Source of the DNA: Candidatus Falkowbacteria bacterium
GTDB lineage: Bacteria > Patescibacteriota > Patescibacteriia > Patescibacteriales > UBA12465
DNA: 57,740 bases
Direction: 5' to 3'
Assembly (NCBI GenBank): GCA_009885285.1
Contig: VFKX01000060.1
Coordinates: 1-57,740, forward strand
Within the stretch, counting starts at the first letter, position 1, and each line of letters begins with the position of its first letter. A program made the position numbers and the translations under genes. The notes beneath the pieces were generated by a model. That model did no database searches. It saw nothing but the letters and a program-made list of their open reading frames with translations, and was not told the DNA's origin. Below are positions 45,967 through 55,051 of the stretch, piece by piece.

Positions 45967-47154
45967 TTAAACCAAATTGATTTTCCTGGTTAAGTCCATG
46001 CCGCGATTATCTTCAATGATAATAAAGGCCTGCTTAGGGTCTTCAAAGTCCGCCTTTATTTTAACGGCAAAAGCGTTAAAACCAATGAGCGAACCGTTGC
46101 AGATAAAATTTCCGCCATCTTTCAACTGATGAAAGTGGCCAAAAAAGTCCCAGTCCGCGTGTTTACTTTTATTCCACTGAGAAATTGCCTTAAAGGCGGG
46201 AATGAATAAGCCGCCGACACCACCGCCGTACCTGATGGCGTGGCCGTGATGAAAGCGCAAGGAATAATCATAAACCCGTAAATAAGTCAGATACGAGTCA
46301 TTAATGATAAACTTGATTCTTTTTTCATCGGAAAAATATTTTTCCAGTTGACGGTACATCAAAATTTCCAGGGAATTGCCATACTCAGTGGCCACCCTTT
46401 GTTTATCTGTCATACGTCCATGATTACCGGAACAGCAAGGAATAATGAGATCAACATCACTCTCTTGCAAGAGGTACTCAATGCCAGATGCTATTATTTT
46501 CTGCGCCTCCCAAATGGCTTCAGTCGGCTGAATAGAATTCGCCTCCTTCAAATCATCATGAATACTACCGGAAATAAAGTCACCGAGCAGAGCTAAGATG
46601 AGATTATCAATGCGGTATTCTTTCTGATGAATCTTAATCAGCTTGGCAATCAGTCGAAAAAGTTTATCAGCCCGTTCTTGGGCGATCTTGATATTAAACT
46701 CATTCAAGCCGTTAACCTGAGAGCTTTTCACCGGCTCTTCAATGTGCCAGTCAGACAACAAAACCACAACAGTCGCTTGAGAATCAGAACTACCGGGCTC
46801 AGCTTTGATAGTATAGGTGGATACGGGACCGACTTGCAAAAACGCATCACGCTCCGTGGTCACTTTAATCAGCTCTTCGGTTAGCATCTTTATTTTTCGG
46901 CTATTGTCCACGAATTGCCTTTTTTCTAAGGCTTTCTTGACGGCGTCCTGAGCTGTTTCCACCAAATTTTGCTGGATTTGCTCTGCCTTGTCGCCCTTCT
47001 TACTCGTTCTGACCACTATCTGCGCCTTCACGCCCAGCTTTTTAAGCCTTTTCCAGACGGTCTTGCGGGAATAGCCAGTCTCTTGACAAATACCCTTAAC
47101 AGTTAGCTTCTTCGCTAACTTTTTCATTTCATCGCTACTTATTTTGGGTTCCAT
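45967..47154 (-). CDS. HTH domain fused to a calcineurin-like metallophosphoesterase (phage-like)
   Basis: N-terminal KGICQETGYSRKTVWKRLKKLG (HTH). MPE motifs LSDWH, LLGDFISG, GNHG, HHGH and GHFH in the canonical order. Strong AAGGAGGA Shine-Dalgarno sequence. Confidence 0.65.
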   Translation of the reverse strand: MEPKISSDEMKKLAKKLTVKGICQETGYSRKTVWKRLKKLGVKAQIVVRTSKKGDKAEQIQQNLVETAQDAVKKALEKRQFVDNSRKIKMLTEELIKVTTERDAFLQVGPVSTYTIKAEPGSSDSQATVVVLLSDWHIEEPVKSSQVNGLNEFNIKIAQERADKLFRLIAKLIKIHQKEYRIDNLILALLGDFISGSIHDDLKEANSIQPTEAIWEAQKIIASGIEYLLQESDVDLIIPCCSGNHGRMTDKQRVATEYGNSLEILMYRQLEKYFSDEKRIKFIINDSYLTYLRVYDYSLRFHHGHAIRYGGGVGGLFIPAFKAISQWNKSKHADWDFFGHFHQLKDGGNFICNGSLIGFNAFAVKIKADFEDPKQAFIIIEDNRGMDLTRKINLV

Positions 47155-47250
47155 ATTTCCTCCTTTTTTTTAAAATGTAAATGTGCAATTATCCCATATT
47201 GGCAAGCAATATCTATCCAAATTTTTACACACGCCCACCCATTTGTCAAT

Positions 47251-47284
47251 TTAAAAAAGCATCCGGAAATCAATCTGGATGCTT
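47251..47284 (-). terminator. Rho-independent terminator
   Basis: 11-bp stem AAGCATCCAGA/TCCGGATGCTT (one G-U pair). On the minus strand it is followed by T6. Confidence 0.65.
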
Positions 47285-47334
47285 AGCTAAATTCTTAAAA
47301 CTCTCATAACTTTTCTAGCTATTTATGTCAATAA

Positions 47335-47565
47335 TCACTCTGCCCTTTCCCCTTCTTCGCTCGTAAATATGCGCAAATGCGTAATAAAAACGCAGGCGCT
47401 GCGGGCCGCATTGGCGATATCGACCATAAAGTTCGTACAAAGGTTGCGATAGCCGCAAAACTGCTCTTTAGTCATCTTTGTTTGGACGATAAAAGATTCG
47501 CCGCCATAATATACCTCGATTTTTTCTGACGCTGGTTCATATGGCTTTTTCTTCTTTATATCCAT
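47335..47565 (-). CDS. Hypothetical small protein (76 aa)
   Basis: ORF with AAGGAGTGAG upstream of the ATG and a terminator downstream. Confidence 0.5.
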   Translation of the reverse strand: MDIKKKKPYEPASEKIEVYYGGESFIVQTKMTKEQFCGYRNLCTNFMVDIANAARSACVFITHLRIFTSEEGERAE

Positions 47566-47715
47566 ATCTCACTCCTTTCTTATTAAGGTTCGATGTTGAC
47601 TTAATTATCTTCCAGATACGGGCTTTAAGCAATAGGCCGAACATGGATAAATATTGATAATACTGACCAAGCATGATAAGGTACCAAAAGATAAAAGCAC
47701 CTTAAAATATTAATA

Positions 47716-47886
47716 ATGGAAAATAATGATAAAAAAGAGACGGTTAAGAACAAGCAGGAGTCAGGTACTAACAATTCTGACCGCGATCAGCACCTTAGAT
47801 TATTCACTGCTTGTTTCCCTGCCATTCCCTCTATCACTGTTGACGGGGTACAGGTGTGTCCAATCTGCGGTGAAAGAATCGACTAA
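47716..47886 (+). CDS. Possible small protein (56 aa) with C-terminal CPIC
   Basis: My own translation: MENNDKKETVKNKQESGTNNSDRDQHLRLFTACFPAIPSITVDGVQVCPICGERID. I prefer this to the low-complexity N-terminal part of track ORF 47726-48097. Confidence 0.35.
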   Translation: MENNDKKETVKNKQESGTNNSDRDQHLRLFTACFPAIPSITVDGVQVCPICGERID

Positions 47887-47896
47887 GAAAAGCTAC

Positions 47897-48097
47897 ATGG
47901 CACGCAAAAAAACGAACGAAGTGGCTAACGATGGGATTTTGGAGCCAATTGTCTCCACTCCAATTAAACCTAAGATCGTAATTGTAACAGACTGCGCTCA
48001 TTGCCTAGAAATGGTAGAGCCATACGAAGCTCCTCCAGATTCCGGCATAATGTTCATGTGTCCCAGTTGCGGACAGTCAATATCCAAGTACTGCTAA
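47897..48097 (+). CDS. Small zinc-ribbon protein (66 aa)
   Basis: MARKKT start inside the track ORF. CAHC...CPSC. A terminator follows. Confidence 0.5.
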   Translation: MARKKTNEVANDGILEPIVSTPIKPKIVIVTDCAHCLEMVEPYEAPPDSGIMFMCPSCGQSISKYC

Positions 48098-48115
48098 AAA
48101 ATAGCCAAAAACTTG

Positions 48116-48140
48116 AAGCTATCCCCTGGGATAGCTTTTT
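48116..48140 (+). terminator. Rho-independent terminator (stem AAGCTATCC/GGATAGCTT)
   Basis: 9-bp stem, loop CCTG, then a T-run. The same stem sequence recurs at 48814. Confidence 0.75.
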
Positions 48141-48154
48141 AATTTACCCGCCGG

Positions 48155-48183
48155 TTGACAGATAGGCGCCTCTGTGATAAAGT
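48155..48183 (+). promoter_or_regulatory. Candidate sigma70 promoter TTGACA-N17-TAAAGT
   Basis: -35 at 48155-48160 and -10 at 48178-48183. Confidence 0.5.
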
Positions 48184-48217
48184 ACCATAGCTATAAGTTC
48201 ATTAAAAATTCGAGAAA

Positions 48218-48382
48218 ATGTTAGAAAAAACAGTTAAATGCCTAAGTTGCGGACTAATGGTGATAGTCAATCTAATTGCCTACGGCTTCGGCCATATCGC
48301 CACCTGTCCCAAGTGCGGTGAACTAGCCCTAAATGAAACCAGGGCAAATTCATCAATAACTCAGTATTCACTCTTAAAATAA
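48218..48382 (+). CDS. Small zinc-ribbon protein (54 aa)
   Basis: My own translation: MLEKTVKCLSCG...TCPKCGELALNE. Confidence 0.45.
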   Translation: MLEKTVKCLSCGLMVIVNLIAYGFGHIATCPKCGELALNETRANSSITQYSLLK

Positions 48383-48387
48383 GCAAG

Positions 48388-48546
48388 ATGGCAGGAAAAG
48401 AAAAAAAAATCAGCCAAGAGTCCTTTGATGATGACGAAGAAGAAGATATCGTTAATGTGTATCGAAAAAGGTTCAACCCGATATATGAAGTCATTCAGGA
48501 AAAGACTAAAGACTCAGAGTCGGGAAACGAAGAGAACAAAACTTAA
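48388..48546 (+). CDS. Small acidic protein (52 aa)
   Basis: My own translation: MAGKEKKISQESFDDDEEEDIVNVYRKRFNPIYEV... It starts 5 nt after the previous stop. Confidence 0.4.
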   Translation: MAGKEKKISQESFDDDEEEDIVNVYRKRFNPIYEVIQEKTKDSESGNEENKT

Positions 48547-48600
48547 ACCTAATCACAATTTCTGTTAAATCAACATAGTCATAATTTAAAAAGTTAAAAG

Positions 48601-48789
48601 ATGTCAAAAGAAAAAGAATCGGGAGTAAATCCAGACCAGAAAAAACATCTCGTCATGGAGAATATCAACGAAGTAAAGCAGTTATTTCAAGGAACTTGCC
48701 CTAAATGCGGCCAGTATGCCACCTTTACTTTCGTCTTCGTAACTTGTATTGAACAATGTCAATGCGGTAACTGCAAAGAATATGTTTAG
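48601..48789 (+). CDS. Small zinc-ribbon protein (62 aa)
   Basis: CPKCGQ...CQCGNC. Confidence 0.5.
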   Translation: MSKEKESGVNPDQKKHLVMENINEVKQLFQGTCPKCGQYATFTFVFVTCIEQCQCGNCKEYV

Positions 48790-48805
48790 TTGCCTGCAGG
48801 CTGTA

Positions 48806-48841
48806 AAAACCAAAAGCTATCCCCTAAAGGATAGCTTTTTT
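48806..48841. terminator. Bidirectional terminator (stem AAGCTATCC/GGATAGCTT) between the small-ORF cluster and rpoD
   Basis: 9-bp stem flanked by A- and T-runs. Confidence 0.75.
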
Positions 48842-48856
48842 CTTATCAATTGTTTT

Positions 48857-50170
48857 CTAGTAATCCCTCAATTTCTCTAAGCCCTTAAACTTTCTGATCT
48901 TCTCCAAGGACTTCGATTCAATCTGCCGGATACGTTCACGGGTGACTTCAAATTCCTGACCTACTTCTTCTAAAGTATGGGCCACACCGTCAATTAAGCC
49001 GAAGCGCATCTCCAGGATTTTCTGTTCGCGCGGCGAGAGCTGAGCGACGATATTTTTTACATAGTCCTTCAGTAATTGCAAAGCAGCCGCTCTATCAGGA
49101 GTGACGTTTTTTACATCCTCAATGAAATCCTCAAGGGTTGAATCTTCATCATCGTCGCCGATGGTGGTTTCCAGGGATATCGTATCTTGGGAAATCTTCA
49201 TGATATAGCGGACCTTCTCGATAGTCTCCCCCATTTCCGAAGCGATTTCATCAGCTAAAGGCTCGCGGCCTAGTTCCTGAATCAGGTTGCGCTGAATCTG
49301 CTGGAATTTATTGATAGTTTCCACCATATGAACAGGAATACGGATAGTTCTGGACTGGTCGGCTAAAGCGCGGGTGATAGCCTGACGAATCCACCAGGTC
49401 GCATAGGTTGAGAACTTATATCCTTTCCGATATTCAAATTTTTCTACAGCGCGGAATAAGCCGATATTCCCTTCCTGAATAAGGTCAAGAAGGCTCATGC
49501 CTTTGGCACCGGCGAATTTCTTGGCAATGGAAACGACTAATCGCAAATTGGCTTCAATAATCCGCTTCTCTGCTTCCTTATCACCTCTTTCCTTGCGCTT
49601 CGCGAGCTCAACTTCTTCATCACCACTGAGCAAAGCGACTTTGCCGATTTCCTTCAAGTACATCTGAATGGAGTCAGCACTTAATTTTGATAAATCAATG
49701 TTCAAGGCATTCTGGTGAGCCAAGGCTTTGCCGGTTAAAGGTGGTTCGGCTGCTTTCTTTTCGGCAGTATCTAAAATACGGCCGGAGTCCTCCATAATCC
49801 GCACGCCGCTGCGCTGCAAATCGCCTAAAAAAACATCATACTCGTAAACATATTCCTCCACTTCCGGGAATAAATATAAAAGTTCGGTTTCCGTAATGAA
49901 ACCGCGCAAGCGCCCTTTTTCAATCAGCTTCTTCAGCTGCGCTTCAGTCGGCTTAACGACTGGCTTAGCTTCCCGCGGAGGCGAAACTTTGACAATCTTC
50001 GGAGCGTGAGCCACGACGACCGGTTTCTTCACGGATTTATTGGCGACGGGTGCGTGCGGCTTAGCTTTTGGCTTCAGCGGCTCAGCAATCTTCAGTTTCG
50101 GTTTAGACATAGTTTTCGGTACCAGTTTCGCAGCCAATTTTTTAATTTTTTGCTTGGTATTTTTTACCAT
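48857..50170 (-). CDS. rpoD: RNA polymerase sigma factor RpoD
   Basis: Regions 1.2 to 4 are recognisable ([57 protein letters not shown]). Lys/Pro-rich N-terminus. Confidence 0.9.
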   Translation of the reverse strand: MVKNTKQKIKKLAAKLVPKTMSKPKLKIAEPLKPKAKPHAPVANKSVKKPVVVAHAPKIVKVSPPREAKPVVKPTEAQLKKLIEKGRLRGFITETELLYLFPEVEEYVYEYDVFLGDLQRSGVRIMEDSGRILDTAEKKAAEPPLTGKALAHQNALNIDLSKLSADSIQMYLKEIGKVALLSGDEEVELAKRKERGDKEAEKRIIEANLRLVVSIAKKFAGAKGMSLLDLIQEGNIGLFRAVEKFEYRKGYKFSTYATWWIRQAITRALADQSRTIRIPVHMVETINKFQQIQRNLIQELGREPLADEIASEMGETIEKVRYIMKISQDTISLETTIGDDDEDSTLEDFIEDVKNVTPDRAAALQLLKDYVKNIVAQLSPREQKILEMRFGLIDGVAHTLEEVGQEFEVTRERIRQIESKSLEKIRKFKGLEKLRDY

Positions 50171-50213
50171 ATAACGAAGTGGTTATTATTTATAAAAAAT
50201 AATTATCTTCTTT

Positions 50214-52058
50214 TTATGAGGCAGTGGCCTGACCCAGTTCAACCATTAAGGCATTTAGGCGGTCCCTATCACCGGCTTTCTCGGCAATCGCAATCTCATG
50301 CTGCAAAATCTGAACTTGGCGCTGACGCTTGAACATTTTCAAATCGGAAATGATCTTAATTATTTGTACTTTTACAGAGCCGGCATCATAGTCATAGAAG
50401 TCCTTTTCTCCAAAAAGTACGAGCTTATCCAGCATTTTTTCCCCTCCCAGGCCCTCGGCCAGCAAACTAGCCTTATAGGCGGCATAATCTAAAGAAGCAG
50501 CTTTATTATAATAGATAATTAGATTTCTGTAAAACTTAGCCAAAGGACCCTCGTTCAAAATGCTCGGATCAAGATTGCTGACAGCGTAAGAAATAAACTC
50601 AGGAAAACGGAGCAACAACGACATCAAGAGCTCGGCCAGCTTATCTTCCCGGCTCAATTCAACAGCCGGAGCCTCTGTTTTCGGCTTTATTTGGCCATTT
50701 TTGGCATTTCTAGCCGCTTCTACTTGTAGTACGCCGTGTTCTCGCCGCCACTTCATAAACTCCTCCCGGGTGTCAGTTTCCGAGAATCCCAGCTCCTCGC
50801 TCAGCTTTTTAAGCCAATAGCCCTGCTCCATCTTATTGATGACTAGATCGATCATAGCGAACATCTTGGCGCTCACAACTCGCTTATTGTCCAATAGGTT
50901 CAAATCCAGGCCGGCGCTCACTTTCGTAAAATAATACTCCAGCATGGGCTTAGCATTCTGTACAGCCGCCTTAAATTCCTCCGGAGAGTTCTTCAGACAT
51001 TCATCGGGGTCCTTACCAGAGCCCAGGACAATGATTTTCAAGTTCATCTCCTGAGCTAATACTTCCTTAATGCCCCGGTCAGCCGCCATCTGTCCGGCCG
51101 CATCCATATCAAATAGCAAAGCGACGTTATTCGTATAGCGCTTGATTAATGAAACTTGTTCGGTAGTCAAAGCGGTACCCGAGGAAGCCACCACATTCTT
51201 AAAACCATGGTTATAGCAAGAAATAGCGTCCATCTGACCTTCCACCACAATGACAAAATTTGACTCCCTGATTGCATTCTTGGATTTATTCAGCGCAAAC
51301 AAAACGCGGCTCTTGTCATAAACTTTCGTCTGCGGACTATTGATATACTTACCCATCTTTTCCGTCTGTTCCTTAGTCGGATTAACGCGAGCAGTAAAAG
51401 CAATTAAATTATTATTCACGTCCCAAATCGGAAACATGATTCTGTCTCTAAACCGATCATAAAAGCCTCTCCGCCCACTGGCGGACGTCCGATTGCCACT
51501 GTCTTTCTTAATGACGAGTCCCGCCATAGTCATTTCTTCATCGCTATACTTCTTACCAGTAAGCGGTCGAGCTTGTAAAAACTCATATAGGCCGCTCCAG
51601 GAATCCAGGCTATAGCCTAACTGCCATTCAGCGATATCGGCGGCGCTTAAACCGCGCTTGATTAAATACTCCCGCGCTTCCCGGCCTGTCGGCGTGGATA
51701 AGATATGGGCATAATATTTACCGGCTAACTCCATAATGTCGAGCAACCGATTGCGCTCGGAATAATCCTGGGCATTTTCATTCTGCAAAACAACTCCCGC
51801 TTTCGGAGCCAGCAAACGCAGCGTTTCCACAAAGCCTAAGCCTTCCTTTTCCATGACGAAAGCAAAAACATCGCCGCCTCGGGCGCAGCCAAAACAATGC
51901 CAGATCTGCTTCTCCGGAGAAATTACAAAAGACGGGGACTTCTCGTTATGGAAGGGGCAAATCGCTTGAAAATTTGTGCCCACGGCCTTAACGGGAATAT
52001 ATTCCCTAATCACTTCGACGATATCCAGTTTGGCCTTAATGTCGTCTGACTGACTCAT
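50214..52058 (-). CDS. dnaG: DNA primase DnaG
   Basis: Zinc finger CPFHNEKSPSFVISPEKQIWHCFGC and Toprim VVEGQMD. Confidence 0.9.
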   Translation of the reverse strand: MSQSDDIKAKLDIVEVIREYIPVKAVGTNFQAICPFHNEKSPSFVISPEKQIWHCFGCARGGDVFAFVMEKEGLGFVETLRLLAPKAGVVLQNENAQDYSERNRLLDIMELAGKYYAHILSTPTGREAREYLIKRGLSAADIAEWQLGYSLDSWSGLYEFLQARPLTGKKYSDEEMTMAGLVIKKDSGNRTSASGRRGFYDRFRDRIMFPIWDVNNNLIAFTARVNPTKEQTEKMGKYINSPQTKVYDKSRVLFALNKSKNAIRESNFVIVVEGQMDAISCYNHGFKNVVASSGTALTTEQVSLIKRYTNNVALLFDMDAAGQMAADRGIKEVLAQEMNLKIIVLGSGKDPDECLKNSPEEFKAAVQNAKPMLEYYFTKVSAGLDLNLLDNKRVVSAKMFAMIDLVINKMEQGYWLKKLSEELGFSETDTREEFMKWRREHGVLQVEAARNAKNGQIKPKTEAPAVELSREDKLAELLMSLLLRFPEFISYAVSNLDPSILNEGPLAKFYRNLIIYYNKAASLDYAAYKASLLAEGLGGEKMLDKLVLFGEKDFYDYDAGSVKVQIIKIISDLKMFKRQRQVQILQHEIAIAEKAGDRDRLNALMVELGQATAS

Positions 52059-52059
52059 A

Positions 52060-52389
52060 TTATATAAATAGGTCTGGTAATAATAAACTTTTTAAACGCG
52101 CCATTTCATTTTCCACTACCTCACCGTCATACTCGGCGTTATGACGGCTCATACCTTGATAACCTGGTCGCTTCTGATCGAGATGCAAGTTAAAGGTCAC
52201 AAATTCCTGGCCACGGCTGTCCTTCTGTTCGATAAAATAAATATGAAAGCGTGGATAAAAATCCCGACCCAAACGGCGGGCATAGCTTTCTTGTCCGTCT
52301 TCACGCTCCGGAATAAAAACATAGCCGGCACTTCTGAGCCAGATTGGCGGTGGTCCTTGAACCTGTTTCTTATTGACTGTTATTTTCAT
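52060..52389 (-). CDS. Hypothetical protein (109 aa from internal start MKITVNKK)
   Basis: The track ORF extends to 52497, but that overlaps the GtrA gene. The ATG at 52389 abuts the GtrA stop at 52391. Confidence 0.5.
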   Translation of the reverse strand: MKITVNKKQVQGPPPIWLRSAGYVFIPEREDGQESYARRLGRDFYPRFHIYFIEQKDSRGQEFVTFNLHLDQKRPGYQGMSRHNAEYDGEVVENEMARLKSLLLPDLFI

Positions 52390-52390
52390 G

Positions 52391-52864
52391 TTATTTCTTC
52401 TTAAAAACGAAAAATTTATAAACCAAAAAATTCCACACGGCGATAACCAGACTGACAATGATTTGCGCCAGTAAATACCAGACCAAAAACTTTTCAACCA
52501 ATATATGCATCAGATAACCGTTCAAACCGAGACCAATACAGGCATTACCCATATAGACAAATAATTGGCCAACCATCTTATCCTGTCGGCTATCGCGAAA
52601 AGTCCAAAATTTCTGGAGGGCGAAGCTAACTAGGAATGAAAGAATGAAGGCGGCACTCGTCGCGACCAGCAATTCCAGCTTCAGAAGACCGTGAAAAATA
52701 AACAGAAGAGCTAGGTTCAGCCCGGTAGCCGTCCCTCCAGCCAGAATAAACTTTATGATATTCTTATGCCGCTCGCAGGCTCGGTAAAGAGCAGGCCAGC
52801 GGCCGGAAAATATGGCGCGACTTGAAGCATAATAGCGGCGCAACTCGCCGATTAGTCCCCTCAT
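52391..52864 (-). CDS. GtrA family membrane protein
   Basis: Four TM helices, FILAGGTATGLNLALLFIF and LQKFWTFR. Confidence 0.8.
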   Translation of the reverse strand: MRGLIGELRRYYASSRAIFSGRWPALYRACERHKNIIKFILAGGTATGLNLALLFIFHGLLKLELLVATSAAFILSFLVSFALQKFWTFRDSRQDKMVGQLFVYMGNACIGLGLNGYLMHILVEKFLVWYLLAQIIVSLVIAVWNFLVYKFFVFKKK

Positions 52865-53730
52865 TTTGACCAGCTATAATTTGTAAAGACCCAATTCGCC
52901 AAGCTCTTCGTATCCTTAAAGCGGCCGTTCTTATCCTGGCAATTAAGCACAACCGAAATCACTTCCTTGCCCGCCTCATTCTGCAGACGGCCGACAAAGC
53001 AATAGCCGGCTCGCTCGGTGTACCCCGTCTTCCCTCCCAGCACCCTCAACTTTCGGTCTCCTGAATCTGACAAAAGGTTATCAGTCGACTCCATCCTTTT
53101 ATCACGCCCGCTGACGGTTGTAAACTCGTAGACGCTCTTAGTGGTCGCATCTCTGATTTCCTCGCGTTTAAAGGCTGTTTGAGCCATCAGAGCAACCTCT
53201 CGCGCGGTCGACAGGTTATACTCGCTTAAGCCCACCGGATCGCGGAAAGAAGTCTGTTTCAAACCCAAATCCGCCGCGCGCTCATTCATTTTTGAAATGA
53301 ATTCCGACTCGCTCAAACCGCTCGCATGAACCAGGGCTAAGGTCGCTCCATTATCCGAGGCGACTAGACTGGTATAGAACATATCTTTAATCTTCACTTC
53401 GTCACCCAAGAAGAGATTCAAACGTCCGCCCTCAACCTTATCTGCCTCAGTGATGATATAAGTCGTCTCCCAGCCCGGATTATAGTCAAGAAAAACCAGA
53501 GCGGTCATGAGTTTTGTAATACTAGCAATCGGCTGCGGTTCGTCGGCGTTATCGGTAAACAAGAAAAAATGGTCATCAGCCATTAAGACCGCGCTTTTCT
53601 CCGCGCTAATCTTAACTGCCGGAACTCCAGTTTTGAGAACCAGACTATCCGCCCCCGTACTTATCGCTGGCACACCCTGAAAACTGAAAAAGATAATGGC
53701 TATTAAATTGGTGATAATCGTCCAAAACAT
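52861..53730 (-). CDS. D-alanyl-D-alanine carboxypeptidase (S11, PBP5-like)
   Basis: SITK (SxxK), SDN and KTG motifs in order. Confidence 0.85.
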   Translation of the reverse strand: MFWTIITNLIAIIFFSFQGVPAISTGADSLVLKTGVPAVKISAEKSAVLMADDHFFLFTDNADEPQPIASITKLMTALVFLDYNPGWETTYIITEADKVEGGRLNLFLGDEVKIKDMFYTSLVASDNGATLALVHASGLSESEFISKMNERAADLGLKQTSFRDPVGLSEYNLSTAREVALMAQTAFKREEIRDATTKSVYEFTTVSGRDKRMESTDNLLSDSGDRKLRVLGGKTGYTERAGYCFVGRLQNEAGKEVISVVLNCQDKNGRFKDTKSLANWVFTNYSWSK

Positions 53731-53740
53731 GAATTAGTAA

Positions 53741-54286
53741 TTAGTTTTTCTCAGGCGCCGCCATGACCTCGTCAAGAGAGGCAGCGGTATTTAACTTCTC
53801 AAATTCCGGCAACTCTTCAATACTGCCGAGTCCCAGAAAACGGACAAAGTCATGAGTGACTGAATAATAATTCTCTTGCCGGTCTTTCTCAAACTTTTCA
53901 TCAATCAGGCCGCGCATCAGCAAGTTACGAATAATCAGGCTGCAATTAACGCCTCTAATCCGCTCGAGCTCAATTTTAGAAATCGGTCCGCGATAAGCGA
54001 TGATTGTTAAGGCCTCAAGACTCGGCTGTGATAATTCCCCACTGGTTTCATCCTTCAGGAACTCCTGGATAAGGGCGGCGTTATCAGCGGCCGTGGTCAA
54101 CTGGTACTGGCCGTTATTTTTGATAATAGCCAAACCTCTGTCACCGGCGGCATAGTCAGCCATCAGTTCAGTTAAAGCCCCTTCAACCGGCTCGGCTTCA
54201 TTTTTTACAGCCAGAGCCAAGTCCTTCAAAGACAAGGGCTTCAAAGAAACAAATAATAGTGATTCAACTTGTGATTTTAACGACAT
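53741..54286 (-). CDS. scpB: Segregation and condensation protein B
   Basis: VESLLFVS..PLSLKDLA and ALTIIAYRGPISKIELERIRGV. The internal ATG at 54286 lies 4 nt after the scpA stop. Confidence 0.85.
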   Translation of the reverse strand: MSLKSQVESLLFVSLKPLSLKDLALAVKNEAEPVEGALTELMADYAAGDRGLAIIKNNGQYQLTTAADNAALIQEFLKDETSGELSQPSLEALTIIAYRGPISKIELERIRGVNCSLIIRNLLMRGLIDEKFEKDRQENYYSVTHDFVRFLGLGSIEELPEFEKLNTAASLDEVMAAPEKN

Positions 54287-54290
54287 ATAT

Positions 54291-55049
54291 TTATAGCTTA
54301 TTATCTGCCACCGCTTCATCAAGCAATTGGCTGATATGGATTTCACTGAATAACTCATCTTGCTCAAAGAATAATTCTTTCTGCTTCGCCAGCTCGAGAA
54401 TGGCCAAGAAACTGACAATCACTTCAGTGCGCGTAGTCGCGGAAGCCAGTAATTTTGAGAAATTAATCTTGATTCGGCTCAGGAGCATCTCTCGAATGGA
54501 AGCAATCTTATCGTCTATATTTATCTTTGGTTCCAAGGTTTTTTCAGGTAGTACCTCCTCGCGCTGTTTCGCTAATTGCTTCTCAATATTTTCCAGTAAA
54601 GCGGCGAAGCGATCATGAAGTAAAGCGGAGTTAACCTTAGACGGTGGTGAAAAGACCGGTAAGTTAAAGCCGGTACGGCGATTCTTGGTCAAAGGTGGCA
54701 AGAATAAACGGCGGTTAGTCAGAACCAGTTCTTTTACCTTCACGGCCGCAGCTACAAATTCCTTATACATCTTCAGTTGCCTCTCCAAGTCATTAATTTC
54801 CTCTTCCTCTTCGCCGGTATATAGATATGGTAAAAGCGCCTTAGATTTAATGAACAAGAGCTTAGCGGCAATCACCAGGAAATCCGCTAGCTCCTCCGGA
54901 TCAATCCCCTTATTAGCCCGGACATAAGCGACATATTCATCGGCAATTTTCGCCAAGGCAATTTCCGTAATATCCATCTCCTCGCTTTCAATCAGGCTCA
55001 ACAAGATGCCTAAAGGTCCGGAAAATTTTTCAGTGGTAAAATCCATCAT
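54291..55049 (-). CDS. scpA: Segregation and condensation protein A
   Basis: FSGPLGILLSLIESEEMDITEIALAKI and VSFLAILELAK. Confidence 0.85.
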   Translation of the reverse strand: MMDFTTEKFSGPLGILLSLIESEEMDITEIALAKIADEYVAYVRANKGIDPEELADFLVIAAKLLFIKSKALLPYLYTGEEEEEINDLERQLKMYKEFVAAAVKVKELVLTNRRLFLPPLTKNRRTGFNLPVFSPPSKVNSALLHDRFAALLENIEKQLAKQREEVLPEKTLEPKINIDDKIASIREMLLSRIKINFSKLLASATTRTEVIVSFLAILELAKQKELFFEQDELFSEIHISQLLDEAVADNKL

Positions 55050-55051
55050 AA

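Noticed and set aside
47726-48097. Single 123-aa ORF as given in the track.
   Set aside because: Its first ~57 residues are a Leu/Ser/Thr-rich string. An alternative frame in the same place encodes a hydrophilic 56-aa ORF ending in CPICGERID. The zinc-ribbon part has its own start (MARKKT at 47897). I split the region into two small ORFs with modest confidence.
48267-48494. Track ORF of 75 aa on the minus strand.
   Set aside because: It overlaps two plus-strand small ORFs that have CxxC pairs or an acidic tract, a promoter and tight spacing. The minus-strand translation contains a poly-Ser low-complexity run.
41390-48843. A direct repeat of the tRNA-Asn 3' end marking an integrated element (attL/attR).
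   Set aside because: I could not find a second copy of the TTCGAATCCGACCCCGGGA segment by eye, and no integrase is present. An exact-match search is needed.
52390-52497. N-terminal extensions of track ORFs 52060-52497 and 53741-54418.
   Set aside because: The extensions overlap the preceding genes (GtrA, ScpA) and look non-protein-like. Internal ATGs at 52389 and 54286 abut the upstream stop codons.
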